From NCBI GenBank assembly GCA_051362555.1, contig CM120640.1, forward strand, positions 38,294,788 to 38,358,787: 64,000 nucleotides of DNA. Reading direction: 5' to 3'. The translations under genes were made by a program, and so were the position numbers. The notes under the pieces were generated by a model. It searched no databases, had not been told where the DNA came from, and saw only the letters and a list, made by a program, of their open reading frames with translations. Below, one piece after another: positions 12,001 to 26,000 of this stretch (positions within the stretch are counted from its first letter, which is position 1; each line of letters opens with the position of its first letter). The stretch comes from Lingula anatina. Taxonomy: Eukaryota > Animalia > Brachiopoda.

Positions 12001-15000
12001 CGTCACTTTTTGGAAAAATCGGAGACGGGTCGATTTTTGGTGATTTTGAGTGATTTTGAACAGTGCCGGCACTGTGAGATTTCTTCAATTTTGGCCAGGT
12101 AGGGATGAAAATTTTTTTTCTTCATTATAGTGTCAGGTAGGTGTGTTCGGTCATTTGTAGTAAGAATAAAGTGCTGGAAGAGTGGTGGTGTCAACATTAA
12201 GGAAGAAATAGAGCAAAAACTCTGTCTCCCCCCCCCCCCCCCCCCCTCTCAGATTCTGTTCTCAGAGCTTATTTTTGGATCATCTCTAAAGCTAGAATTG
12301 GGGGCCTTGATGAAGTGACCCGGGCGCGTTTCCACATTTTTTATGAATGACAGGGGTGGTAGATTGATTTTCGTCACTTTTTGGAAAAATCGGAGACGGG
12401 TTGATTTTTGGTGATTTTGAGTGATTTTGAACAGTGCCGGCACTGTGAGATTTCTTCAATTTTGGCCAGGTAGGGATGAAAATTTTTTTTCTTCATTATA
12501 GTGTCAGGTAGGTGTGTTCGGTCATTTGTAGTAAGAATAAAGTGCTGGAAGAGTGGTGGTGTCAACATTAAGGAAGAAATAGAGCAAAAACTCTGTCTCC
12601 CCCCCCTCTCAGATTCTGTTCTCAGAGCTTATTTTTGGATCATCTTTAAAGCTAGAATTGGGGGCCTTGATGAAGTGACCCGGGCGCGTTTCCACATTTT
12701 TTATGAATGACAGGTGTGGTAGATTGATTTTCGTCACTTTTTGGAAAAATCGGAGACGGGTCGATTTTTGGTGATTTTGAGTGATTTTGAACAGTGCCGG
12801 CACTGTGAGATTTCTTCAATTTTGGCCAGGTAGGGATGAAAATTTTTTTTCTTCATTAAAGTGTCAGGTAGGTGTGTTCGGTCATTTGTAGTAAGAATAA
12901 AGTGCTGGAAGAGTGGTGGTGTCAACATTAAGGAAGAAATAGAGCAAAAACTCTGTCTCCCCCCCCCCTCTCAGATTCTGTTCTCAGAGCTTATTTTTGG
13001 ATCATCTTTAAAGCTAGAATTGGGGGCCTTGATGAAGTGACCCGGGCGCGTTTCCACATTTTTTATGAATGACAGGTGTGGTAGATTGATTTTCGTCACT
13101 TTTTGGAAAAATCGGAGACGGGTCGATTTTTGGTGATTTTGAGTGATTTTGAACAGTGCCGGCACTGTCTGATTTTTTCAATTTTGGCCAGGTAGGGATG
13201 AAAATTTTTTTTCTTCATTATAGTGTCAGGTAGGTGTGTTCGGTCATTTGTAGTAAGAATAAAGTGCTGGAAGAGTGGTGGTGTCAACATTAAGGAAGAA
13301 ATAGAGCAAAAACTCTGTCTCCCCTCCCCCTCTCAGATTCTGTTCTCAGAGCTTATTTTTGGATCATCTTTAAAGCTAGAATTGGGGGCCTTGATGAAGT
13401 GACCCGGGCGCGTTTCCACATTTTTTATGAATGACAGGTGTGGTAGATTGATTTTCGTCACTTTTTGGAAAAATCGGAGACGGGCCGATTTTTGGTGATT
13501 TTGAGTGATTTTGAACAGTGCCGGCACTGTGAGATTTCTTCAATTTTGGCCAGGTAGGGATGAAAATTTTTTTTCTTCATTATAGTGTCAGGTAGGTGTG
13601 TTCGGTCATTTGTAGTAAGAATAAAGTGCTGGAAGAGTGGTGGTGTCAACATTAAGGAAGAAATAGAGCAAAAACTCTGTCTCCCCCCCCCCCCCCCCCT
13701 CTCAGATTCTGTTCTCAGAGCTTATTTTTAGATCATCTTTAAAGCTAGAATTGGGGGCCTTGATGAAGTGACCCGGGCGCGTTTCCACATTTTTTATGAA
13801 TGACAGGTGTGGTAGATTGATTTTCGTCACTTTTTGGAAAAATTGGAGACGGGTCGATTTTTGGTGATTTTGAGTGATTTTGAACAGTGCCGGCACTGTG
13901 AGATTTCTTCAATTTTGGCCAGGTAGGGATGAAAATTTTTTTTCTTCATTATAGTGTCAGGTAGGTGTGTTCGGTCATTTGTAGTAAGAATAAAGTGCTG
14001 GAAGAGTGGTGGTGTCAACATTAAGGAAGAAATAGAGCAAAAACTCTGTCTCCCCCCCCCCCCCCCCCCCCTCTCAGATTCTGTTCTCAGAGCTTATTTT
14101 TGGATCATCTTTAAAGCTAGAATTGGGGGCCTTGATGAAGTGACCCGGGCGCGTTTCCACATTTTTTATGAATGACAGGTGTGGTAGATTGATTTTCGTC
14201 ACTTTTTGGAAAAATCGGAGACGGGTCGATTTTTGGTGATTTTGAGTGATTTTGAACAGTGCCGGCACTGTGAGATTTCTTCAATTTTGGCCAGGTAGGG
14301 ATGAAAATTTTTTTTCTTCATTAAAGTGTCAGGTAGGTGTGTTCGGTCATTTGTAGTAAGAATAAAGTGCTGGAAGAGTGGTGGTGTCAACATTAAGGAA
14401 GAAATAGAGCAAAAACTCTGTCTCCCCCCCCCCTCTCAGATTCTGTTCTCAGAGCTTATTTTTGGATCATCTTTAAAGCTAGAATTGGGGGCCTTGATGA
14501 AGTGACCCGGGCGCGTTTCCACTTTTTTTATGAATGACAGGTGTGGTAGATTGATTTTCGTCACTCTTTGGAAAAATCGGAGACGGGTCGATTTTTGGTG
14601 ATTTTGAGTGATTTTGAACAGTGCCGGCACTGTGAGATTTCTTCAATTTTGGCCAGGTAGGGATGAAAATTTTTTTTCTTCATTATAGTGTCAGGTAGGT
14701 GTGTTCGGTCATTTGTAGTAAGAATAAAGTGCTGGAAGAGTGGTGGTGTCAACATTAAGGAAGAAATAGAGCAAAAACTCTGTCTCCCCCCCCCCCTCTC
14801 AGATTCTGTTCTCAGAGCTTATTTTTGGATCATCTTTAAAGCTAGAATTGGGGGCCTTGATGAAGTGACCCGGGCGCGTTTCCACATTTTTTATGAATGA
14901 CAGGTGTGGTAGATTGATTTTCGTCACTTTTTGGAAAAATCGGAGACGGGTCGATTTTTGGTGATTTTGAGTGATTTTGAACATTGCTGGCACTGTGAGA

Positions 15001-17009
15001 TTTCTTCAATTTTGGGCAGGTAGGGATGAAAATTTTTTTTTTCATTATAGTGTCAGGTAGGTGTGTTCGGTCATTTGTAGTAAGAATAAAGTGCTGGAAG
15101 AGTGGTGGTGTCAACATTAAGGAAGAAATAGAGCAAAAACTCTGTCTCCCCCCCCCCCCCCCCTCTCAGATTCTGTTCTCAGAGCTTATTTTTGGATCAT
15201 CTTTAAAGCTAGAATTGGGGGCCTTGATGAAGTGACCCGGGCACGTTTCCACATTTTTTATGAATGACAGGTGTGGTAGATTGATTTTTGTCACTTTTTG
15301 GAAAAATAGGAGACGGGTCGATTTTTGGTGATTTTGAGTGATTTTGAACAGTGCCGGCACTGTGTGATTTTTTCAATTTTGGCCAGGTAGGGATGAAAAT
15401 TTTTTTTCTTCATTATAGTGTCAGGTAGGTGTGTTCTGTCATTTGTAGTAAGAATAAAGTGCTGGAAGAGTGGTGGTGTCAACATTAAGGAAGAAATAGA
15501 GCAAAAACTCTGTCTCCCCCCCCCCCCCCCCTCTCAGATTCTGTTCTCAGAGCTTATTTTTGGATCATCTTTAAAGCTAGAATTGGGGGCCTTGATTAAG
15601 TGACCCGGGCACATTTCCACATTTTTTATGAATGACAGGTGTGGTAGATTGATTTTCGTCACTTTTTGGAAAAATCGGAGACGGGTCGATTTTTGGTGAT
15701 TTTGAGTGATTTTGAACAGTGCCGGCACTGTGAGATTTCTTCAATTTTGGCCAGGTAGGGATGAAAATTTTTTTTCTTCATTATAGTGTCAGGTAGGTGT
15801 GTTCGGTCATTTGTAGTAAGAATAAAGTGCTGGAAGAGTGGTGGTGTCAACATTAAGGAAGAAATAGAGCAAAAACTCTGTCTCCCCCCCCCCCCCCCTC
15901 TCAGATTCTGTTCTCAGAGCTTATTTTTGGATCATCTTTTAAGCTAGAATTGGGGGCCTTGATGAAGTGACCCGGGCGCGTTTCCACATTTTTTATGAAT
16001 GACAGGTGTGGTAGATTGATTTTCGTCACTTTTTGGAAAAATCGGAGACGAGTCGATTTTTGGTGATTTTGAGTGATTTTGAAGTGCCGGCACTGTGAGA
16101 TTTCTTCAATTTTGGCCAGGTAGGGATGAAAATTTTTTTTCTTCATTATAGTGTCAGGTAGGTGTGTTCGGTCATTTGTAGTAAGAATAAAGTGCTGGAA
16201 GAGTGGTGGTGTCAACATTAAGGAAGAAATAGAGCAAAAACTCTGTCTCCCCCCCCCCCCCCCCCTCTCAGATTCTGTTCTCAGAGCTTATTTTTGGATC
16301 ATCTTTAAAGCTAGAATTGGGGGCCTTGATGAAGTGACCCGGGCGCGTTTCCACATTTTTTATGAATGACAGGTGTGGTAGATTGATTTTCGTCACTTTT
16401 TGGAAAAATCGGAGACGGGTCGATTTTTGGTGATTTTGAGTGATTTTGAACAGTGCCGGCACTGTGTGATTTTTTCAATTTTGGCCAGGTAGGGATGAAA
16501 ATTTTTTTTCTTCATTATAGTGTCAGGTAGGTGTGTTCGGTCATTTGTAGTAAGAATAAAGTGCTGGAAGAGTGGTGGTGTCAACATTAAGGAAGAAATA
16601 GAGCAAAAACTCTGTCTCCCCCCCCCCCCCCCCCCCCCCCCTCTCAGATTCTGTTCTCAGAGCTTATTTTTAGATCATCTTTAAAGCTAGAATTGGGGGC
16701 CTTGATGAAGTGACCCGGGCGCGTTTCCACATTTTTTATGAATGACAGGTGTGGTAGATTGATTTTCGTCACTTTTTGGAAAAATTGGAGACGGGTCGAT
16801 TTTTGGTGATTTTGAGTGATTTTGAACAGTGCCGGCACTGTGAGATTTCTTCAATTTTGGCCAGGTAGGGATGAAAATTTTTTTTCTTCATTATAGTGTC
16901 AGGTAGGTGTGTTCGGTCATTTGTAGTAAGAATAAAGTGCTGGAAGAGTGGTGGTGTCAACATTAAGGAAGAAATAGAGCAAAAACTCTGTCTCCCCCCC
17001 CCCCCCTCT

Positions 17010-20000
17010 CAGATTCTGTTCTCAGAGCTTATTTTTGGATCATCTTTAAAGCTAGAATTGGGGGCCTTGATGAAGTGACCCGGGCGCGTTTCCACATTTT
17101 TTATGAATGACAGGTGTGGTAGATTGATTTTCGTCACTTTTTGGAAAAATCAGAGACGGGTCGATTTTTGGTGATTTTGAGTGATTTTGAACAGTGCCGG
17201 CACTGTGAGATTTCTTCAATTTTGGGCAGGTAGGGATGAAAATTTTTTTTCTTCATTATAGTGTCAGGTAGGTGTGTTCGGTCATTTGTAGTAAGAATAA
17301 AGTGCTGGAAGAGTGGTGGTGTCAACATTAAGGAAGAAATAGAGCAAAAACTCTGTCTCCCCCCCCCCCCCCCTCTCAGATTCTGTTCTCAGAGCTTATT
17401 TTTGGATCATCTTTAAAGCTAGAATTGGGGGCCTTGATGAAGTGACCCGGGCACGTTTCCACATTTTTTATGAATGACAGGTGTGGTAGATTGATTTTCG
17501 TCACTCTTTGGAAAAATCGGAGACGGGTCGATTTTTGGTTATTTTGAGTGATTTTGAACAGTGCCGGCACTGTGAGATTTCTTCAATTTTGGCCAGGTAG
17601 GGATGAAAATTTTTTTTCTTCATTATAGTGTCAGGTAGGTGTGTTCGGTCATTTGTAGTAAGAATAAAGTGCTGGAAGAGTGGTGGTGTCAACATTAAGG
17701 AAGAAATAGAGCAAAAACTCTGTCTCCCCCCCCCTCTCAGATTCTGTTCTCAGAGCTTATTTTTGGATCATCTTTAAAGCTAGAATTGGGGGCCTTGATG
17801 AAGTGACCCGGGCGCGTTTCCACATTTTTTATGAATGACAGGTGTGGTAGATTGATTTTCGTCACTTTTTGGAAAAATCGGAGACGGGTCGATTTTTGGT
17901 GATTTTGAGTGATTTTGAACAGTGCCGGCACTGTGAGATTTCTTCAATTTTGGCCAGGTAGGGATGAAAATTTTTTTTCTTCATTAAAGTGTCAGGTAGG
18001 TGTGTTCGGTCATTTGTAGTAAGAATAAAGTGCTGGAAGAGTGGTGGTGTCAACATTAAGGAAGAAATAGAGCAAAAACTCTGTCTCCCCCCCCCCCCTC
18101 TCAGATTCTGTTCTCAGAGCTTATTTTTGGATCATCTTTAAAGCTAGAATTGGGGGCCTTGATGAAGTGACCCGGGCGCGTTTCCACATTTTTTATGAAT
18201 GACAGGTGTGGTAGATTGATTTTCGTCACTCTTTGGAAAAATCGGAGACGGGTCGATTTTTGGTGATTTTGAGTGATTTTGAACAGTGCCGGCACTGTGA
18301 GATTTCTTCAATTTTGGCCAGGTAGGGATGAAAATTTTTTTTCTTCATTATAGTGTCAGGTAGGTGTGTTCGGTCATTTGTAGTAAGAATAAAGTGCTGG
18401 AAGAGTGGTGGTGTCAACATTAAGGAAGAAATAGAGCAAAAACTCTGTCTCCCCCCCCCCTCTCAGATTCTGTTCTCAGAGCTTATTTTTGGATCATCTT
18501 TAAAGCTAGAATTGGGGGCCTTGATGAAGTGACCCGGTCGCGTTTCCACATTTTTTATGAATGACAGGTGTGGTAGATTGATTTTCGTCACTTTTTGGAA
18601 AAATCGGAGACGGGTCGATTTTTGGTGATTTTGAGTGATTTTGAACATTGCTGGCACTGTGAGATTTCTTCAATTTTGGGCAGGTAGGGATGAAAATTTT
18701 TTTTCTTCATTATAGTGTCAGGTAGGTGTGTTCGGTCATTTGTAGTAAGAATAAAGTGCTGGAAGAGTGGTGGTGTCAACATTAAGGAAGAAATAGAGCA
18801 AAAACTCTGTCTCCCCCCCCCCCCCCCTCAGATTCTGTTCTCAGAGCTTATTTTTGGATCATCTTTAAAGCTAGAATTGGGGGCCTTGATGAAGTGACCC
18901 GGGCGCGTTTCCACATATTTTTTGAATGACAGGTGTGGTAGATTGATTTTCGTCACTTTTTGGAAAAATCGGAGACGGGTCGATTTTTGGTGATTTTGAG
19001 TGATTTTGAACAGTGCCGGCACTGTGTGATTTTTTCAATTTTGGCCAGGTAGGGATGAAAATTTTTTTTCTTCATTATAGTGTCAGGTAGGTGTGTTCGG
19101 TCATTTGTAGTAAGAATAAAGTGCTGGAAGAGTGGTGGTGTCAACATTAAGGAAGAAATAGAGCAAAAACTCTATCTCCCCCCCCCCTTCTCAGATTCTG
19201 TTCTCAGAGCTTATTTTTGGATCATCTTTAAAGCTAGAATTGGGGGCCTTGATTAAGTGACCCGGGCACATTTCCACATTTTTTATGAATGACAGGTGTG
19301 GTAGATTGATTTTCGTCACTTTTTGGAAAAATCGGAGACGGGTCGATTTTTGGTGATTTTGAGTGATTTTGAACAGTGCCGGCACTGTGAGATTTCTTCA
19401 ATTTTGGCCAGGTAGGGATGAAAATTTTTTTTCTTCATTATAGTGTCAGGTAGGTGTGTTCGGTCATTTGTAGTAAGAATAAAGTGCTGGAAGAGTGGTG
19501 GTGTCAACATTAAGGAAGAAATAGAGCAAAAACTCTGTCTCCCCCCCCCCCCCCCTCTCAGATTCTGTTCTCAGAGCTTATTTTTGGATCATCTTTAAAG
19601 CTAGAATTGGGGGCCTTGATGAAGTGACCCGGGTGCGTTTCCACATTTTTTATGAATGACAGGTGTGGTAGATTGATTTTCGTCACTTTTTGGAAAAATC
19701 GGAGACGGGTCGATTTTTGGTGATTTTGAGTGATTTTGAACAGTGCTGGCACTGTGAGATTTCTTCAATTTTGGCCAGGTAGGGATGAAAATTTTTTTTC
19801 TTCATTATAGTGTCAGGTAGGTGTGTTCGGTCATTTGTAGTAAGAATAAAGTGCTGGAAGAGTGGTGGTGTCAACATTAAGGAAGAAATAGAGCAAAAAC
19901 TCTGTCTCCCCCCCCCTCTCAGATTCTGTTCTCAGAGCTTATTTTTGGATCATCTTTAAAGCTAGAATTGGGGGCCTTGATGAAGTGACCCGGGCGCGTT

Positions 20001-23000
20001 TCCACATTTTTTATGAATGACAGGTGTGGTAGATTGATTTTCGTCACTTTTTGGAAAAATCGGAGACGGGTCGATTTTTGGTGATTTTGAGTGATTTTGA
20101 ACAGTGCCGGCACTGTGAGATTTCTTCAATTTTGGCCAGGTAGGGATGAAAATTTTTTTCTTCATTAAAGTGTCAGGTAGGTGTGTTCGGTCATTTGTAG
20201 TAAGAATAAAGTGCTGGAAGAGTGGTGGTGTCAACATTAAGGAAGAAATAGAGCAAAAACTCTGTCTCCCCCCCCCTCTCAGATTCTGTTCTCAGAGCTT
20301 ATTTTTGGATCATCTTTAAAGCTAGAATTGGGGGCCTTGATGAAGTGACCCGGGCGCGTTTCCACATTTTTTATGAATGACAGGTGTGGTAGATTGATTT
20401 TCGTCACTTTTTGGAAAAATCGGAGACGGGTCGATTTTTGGTGATTTTGAGTGATTTTGAACAGTGCCGGCACTGTGTGATTTTTTCAATTTTGGCCAGG
20501 TAGGGATGAAAATTTTTTTTCTTCATTATAGTGTCAGGTAGGTGTGTTCGGTCATTTGTAGTAAGAATAAAGTGCTGGAAGAGTGGTGGTGTCAACATTA
20601 AGGAAGAAATAGAGCAAAAACTCTGTCTCCCCCCCCCCTCTCAGATTCTGTTCTCAGAGCTTATTTTTGGATCATCTTTTAAGCTAGAATTGGGGGCCTT
20701 GATGAAGTGACCCGGGCGCGTTTCCACATTTTTTATGAATGACAGGTGTGGTAGATTGATTTTCGTCACTTTTTGGAAAAATCGGAGACGGGTCGATTTT
20801 TGGTGATTTTGAGTGATTTTGAAGTGCCGGCACTGTGAGATTTCTTCAATTTTGGCCAGGTAGGGATGAAAATTTTTTTTCTTCATTATAGTGTCAGGTA
20901 GGTGTGTTCGGTCATTTGTAGTAAGAATAAAGTGGTGGAAGAGTGGTGGTGTCAACATTAAGGAAGAAATAGAGCAAAAACTCTGTCTCCCCCCCCCCTC
21001 TCAGATTCTGTTCTCAGAGCTTATTTTTGGATCATCTTTAAAGCTAGAATTGGGGGCCTTGATGAAGTGACCCGGGCGCGTTTCCACATTTTTTATGAAT
21101 GACAGGTGTGGTAGATTGATTTTCGTCACTTTTTGGAAAAATCGGAGACGGGTCGATTTTTGGTGATTTTGAGTGATTTTGAACAGTGCCGGCACTGTGT
21201 GATTTTTTCAATTTTGGCCAGGTAGGGATGAAAATTTTTTTTCTTCATTATAGTGTCAGGTAGGTGTGTTCGGTCATTTGTAGTAAGAATAAAGTGCTGG
21301 AAGAGTGGTGGTGTCAACATTAAGGAAGAAATAGAGCAAAAACTCTATCTCCCCCCCCCCCCCCCCCCTTCTCAGATTCTGTTCTCAGAGCTTATTTTTG
21401 GATCATCTTTAAAGCTAGAATTGGGGGCCTTGATTAAGTGACCCGGGCACATTTCCACATTTTTTATGAATGACAGGTGTGGTAGATTGATTTTCGTCAC
21501 TTTTTGGAAAAATCGGAGACGGGTCGATTTTTGGTGATTTTGAGTGATTTTGAACAGTGCCGGCACTGTGAGATTTCTTCAATTTTGGCCAGGTAGGGAT
21601 GAAAATTTTTTTTCTTCATTATAGTGTCAGGTAGGTGTGTTCGGTCATTTGTAGTAAGAATAAAGTGCTGGAAGAGTGGTGGTGTCAACATTAAGGAAGA
21701 AATAGAGCAAAAACTCTGTCTCCCCCCCCCCCCCCCCTTCTCAGATTCTGTTCTCAGAGCTTATTTTTGGATCATCTTTAAAGCTAGAATTGGGGGCCTT
21801 GATGAAGTGACCCGGGCGCGTTTCCACATTTTTTATGAATGACAGGTGTGGTAGATTGATTTTCGTCACTTTTTGGAAAAATCGGAGACGGGTCGATTTT
21901 TGGTGATTTTGAGTGATTTTGAACAGTGCTGGCACTGTGAGATTTCTTCAATTTTGGCCAGGTAGGGATGAAAATTTTTTTTCTTCATTATAGTGTCAGG
22001 TAGGTGTGTTCGGTCATTTGTAGTAAGAATAAAGTGCTGGAAGAGTGGTGGTGTCAACATTAAGGAAGAAATAGAGCAAAAACTCTGTCTCCCCCCCCCC
22101 CTCTCAGATTCTGTTCTCAGAGCTTATTTTTGGATCATCTTTAAAGCTAGAATTGGTGGCCTTGATGAAGTGACCCGGGCGCGTTTCCACATTTTTTATG
22201 AATGACAGGTGTGGTAGATTGATTTTCGTCACTTTTTGGAAAAATCGGAGACGGGCTGATTTTTGGTGATTTTGAGTGATTTTGAACAGTGCCGGCACTG
22301 TGAGATTTCTTCAATTTTGGCCAGGTAGGGATGAAAATTTTTTTTCTTCATTATAGTGTCAGGTAGGTGTGTTCGGTCATTTGTAGTAAGAATAAAGTGC
22401 TGGAAGAGTGGTGGTGTCAACATTAAGGAAGAAATAGAGCAAAAACTCTGTCTCCCCCCCCCCCTCTCAGATTCTGTTCTCAGAGCTTATTTTTGGATCA
22501 TCTTTAAAGCTAGAATTGGGGGCCTTAATGAAGTGACCCGGGCGCGTTTCCACATTTTTTATGAATGACAGGTGTGGTAGATTGATTTTCGTCACTTTTT
22601 GGAAAAATCGGAGACGGGTCGATTTTTGGTGATTTTGAGTGATTTTGAACAGTGCCGGCACTGTGAGATTTCTTCAATTTTGGCCAGGTAGGGATGAAAA
22701 TTTTTTTTCTTCATTATAGTGTCAGGTAGGTGTGTTCGGTCATTTGTAGTAAGAATAAAGTGCTGGAAGAGTGGTGGTGTCAACATTAAGGAAGAAATAG
22801 AGCAAAAACTCTGTCTCCCCCCCCCCCCCTCTCAGATTCTGTTCTCAGAGCTTATTTTTGGATCATCTTTAAAGCTAGAATTGGGGGCCTTGATGAAGTG
22901 ACCCGGGCGCGTTTCCACATTTTTTATGAATGACAGGTGTGGTAGATTGATTTTCGTCACTTTTTGGAAAAATCGGAGACAGGTCGATTTTTGGTGATTT

Positions 23001-26000
23001 TGAGTGATTTTGAACAGTGCCGGCACTGTGAGATTTCTTCAATTTTGGCCAGGTAGGGATGAAAATTTTTTTTCTTCATTATAGTGTCAGGTAGGTGTGT
23101 TCGGTCATTTGTAGTAAGAATAAAGTGCTGGAAGAGTGGTGGTGTCAACATTAAGGAAGAAATAGAGCAAAAACACTGTCTCCCCCCCCCTCTCAGATTC
23201 TGTTCTCAGAGCTTATTTTTGGATCATCTTTAAAGCTAGAATTGGGGGCCTTGATGAAGTGACCCGGGTGCGTTTCCACATTTTTTATGAATGACAGGTG
23301 TGGTAGATTGATTTTCGTCACTTTTTGGAAAAATCAGAGACGGGTCGATTTTTGGTGATTTTGAGTGATTTTGAACAGTGCCGGCACTGTGAGATTTCTT
23401 CAATTTTGGGCAGGTAGGGATGAAAATTTTTTTTCTTCATTATAGTGTCAGGTAGGTGTGTTCGGTCATTTGTAGTAAGAATAAAGTGCTGGAAGAGTGG
23501 TGGTGTCAACATTAAGGAAGAAATAGAGCAAAAACTCTGTCTCCCCCCCCCCCCTCTCAGATTCTGTTCTCAGAGCTTATTTTTGGATCATCTTTAAAGC
23601 TAGAATTGGGGGCCTTGATGAAGTGACCCGGGCACGTTTCCACATTTTTTATGAATGACAGGTGTGGTAGATTGATTTTCGTCACTCTTTGGAAAAATCG
23701 GAGACGGGTCGATTTTTGGTGATTTTGAGTGATTTTGAACAGTGCCGGCACTGTGAGATTTCTTCAATTTTGGCCAGGTAGGGATGAAAATTTTTTTTCT
23801 TCATTATAGTGTCAGGTAGGTGTGTTCGGTCATTTGTAGTAAGAATAAAGTGCTGGAAGAGTGGTGGTGTCAACATTAAGGAAGAAATAGAGCAAAAACT
23901 CTGTCTCCCCCCCCCTCTCAGATTCTGTTCTCAGAGCTTATTTTTGGATCATCTTTAAAGCTAGAATTGGGGGCCTTGATGAAGTGACCCGGGCGCGTTT
24001 CCACATTTTTTATGAATGACAGGTGTGGTAGATTGATTTTCGTCACTTTTTGGAAAAATCGGAGACGGGTCGATTTTTGGTGATTTTGAGTGATTTTGAA
24101 CAGTGCCGGCACTGTGAGATTTCTTCAATTTTGGCCAGGTAGGGATGAAAATTTTTTTTCTTCATTAAAGTGTCAGGTAGGTGTGTTCGGTCATTTGTAG
24201 TAAGAATAAAGTGCTGGAAGAGTGGTGGTGTCAACATTAAGGAAGAAATAGAGCAAAAACTCTGTCTCCCCCCCCCCCCTCTCAGATTCTGTTCTCAGAG
24301 CTTATTTTTGGATCATCTTTAAAGCTAGAATTGGGGGCCTTGATGAAGTGACCCGGGCGCGTTTCCACATTTTTTATGAATGACAGGTGTGGTAGATTGA
24401 TTTTCGTCACTCTTTGGAAAAATCGGAGACGGGTCGATTTTTGGTGATTTTGAGTGATTTTGAACAGTGCCGGCACTGTGAGATTTCTTCAATTTTGGCC
24501 AGGTAGGGATGAAAATTTTTTTTCTTCATTATAGTGTCAGGTAGGTGTGTTCGGTCATTTGTAGTAAGAATAAAGTGCTGGAAGAGTGGTGGTGTCAACA
24601 TTAAGGAAGAAATAGAGCAAAAACTCTGTCTCCCCCCCCCCCTCTCAGATTCTGTTCTCAGAGCTTATTTTTGGATCATCTTTAAAGCTAGAATTGGGGG
24701 CCTTGATGAAGTGACCCGGTCGCGTTTCCACATTTTTTATGAATGACAGGTGTGGTAGATTGATTTTCGTCACTTTTTGGAAAAATCGGAGACGGGTCGA
24801 TTTTTGGTGATTTTGAGTGATTTTGAACATTGCTGGCACTGTGAGATTTCTTCAATTTTGGGCAGGTAGGGATGAAAATTTTTTTTCTTCATTATAGTGT
24901 CAGGTAGGTGTGTTCGGTCATTTGTAGTAAGAATAAAGTGCTGGAAGAGTGGTGGTGTCAACATTAAGGAAGAAATAGAGCAAAAACTCTGTCTCCCCCC
25001 CCCCCCCCTCAGATTCTGTTCTCAGAGCTTATTTTTGGATCATCTTTAAAGCTAGAATTGGGGGCCTTGATGAAGTGACCCGGGCGCGTTTCCACATATT
25101 TTTTGAATGACAGGTGTGGTAGATTGATTTTCGTCACTTTTTGGAAAAATCGGAGACGGGTCGATTTTTGGTGATTTTGAGTGATTTTGAACAGTGCCGG
25201 CACTGTGTGATTTTTTCAATTTTGGCCAGGTAGGGATGAAAATTTTTTTTCTTCATTATAGTGTCAGGTAGGTGTGTTCGGTCATTTGTAGTAAGAATAA
25301 AGTGCTGGAAGAGTGGTGGTGTCAACATTAAGGAAGAAATAGAGCAAAAACTCTATCTCCCCCCCCCCTTCTCAGATTCTGTTCTCAGAGCTTATTTTTG
25401 GATCATCTTTAAAGCTAGAATTGGGGGCCTTGATTAAGTGACCCGGGCACATTTCCACATTTTTTATGAATGACAGGTGTGGTAGATTGATTTTCGTCAC
25501 TTTTTGGAAAAATCGGAGACGGGTCGATTTTTGGTGATTTTGAGTGATTTTGAACAGTGCCGGCACTGTGAGATTTCTTCAATTTTGGCCAGGTAGGGAT
25601 GAAAATTTTTTTTCTTCATTATAGTGTCAGGTAGGTGTGTTCGGTCATTTGTAGTAAGAATAAAGTGCTGGAAGAGTGGTGGTGTCAACATTAAGGAAGA
25701 AATAGAGCAAAAACTCTGTCTCCCCCCCCCCCCCCTCTCAGATTCTGTTCTCAGAGCTTATTTTTGGATCATCTTTAAAGCTAGAATTGGGGGCCTTGAT
25801 GAAGTGACCCGGGTGCGTTTCCACATTTTTTATGAATGACAGGTGTGGTAGATTGATTTTCGTCACTTTTTGGAAAAATCGGAGACGGGTCGATTTTTGG
25901 TGATTTTGAGTGATTTTGAACAGTGCTGGCACTGTGAGATTTCTTCAATTTTGGCCAGGTAGGGATGAAAATTTTTTTTCTTCATTATAGTGTCAGGTAG

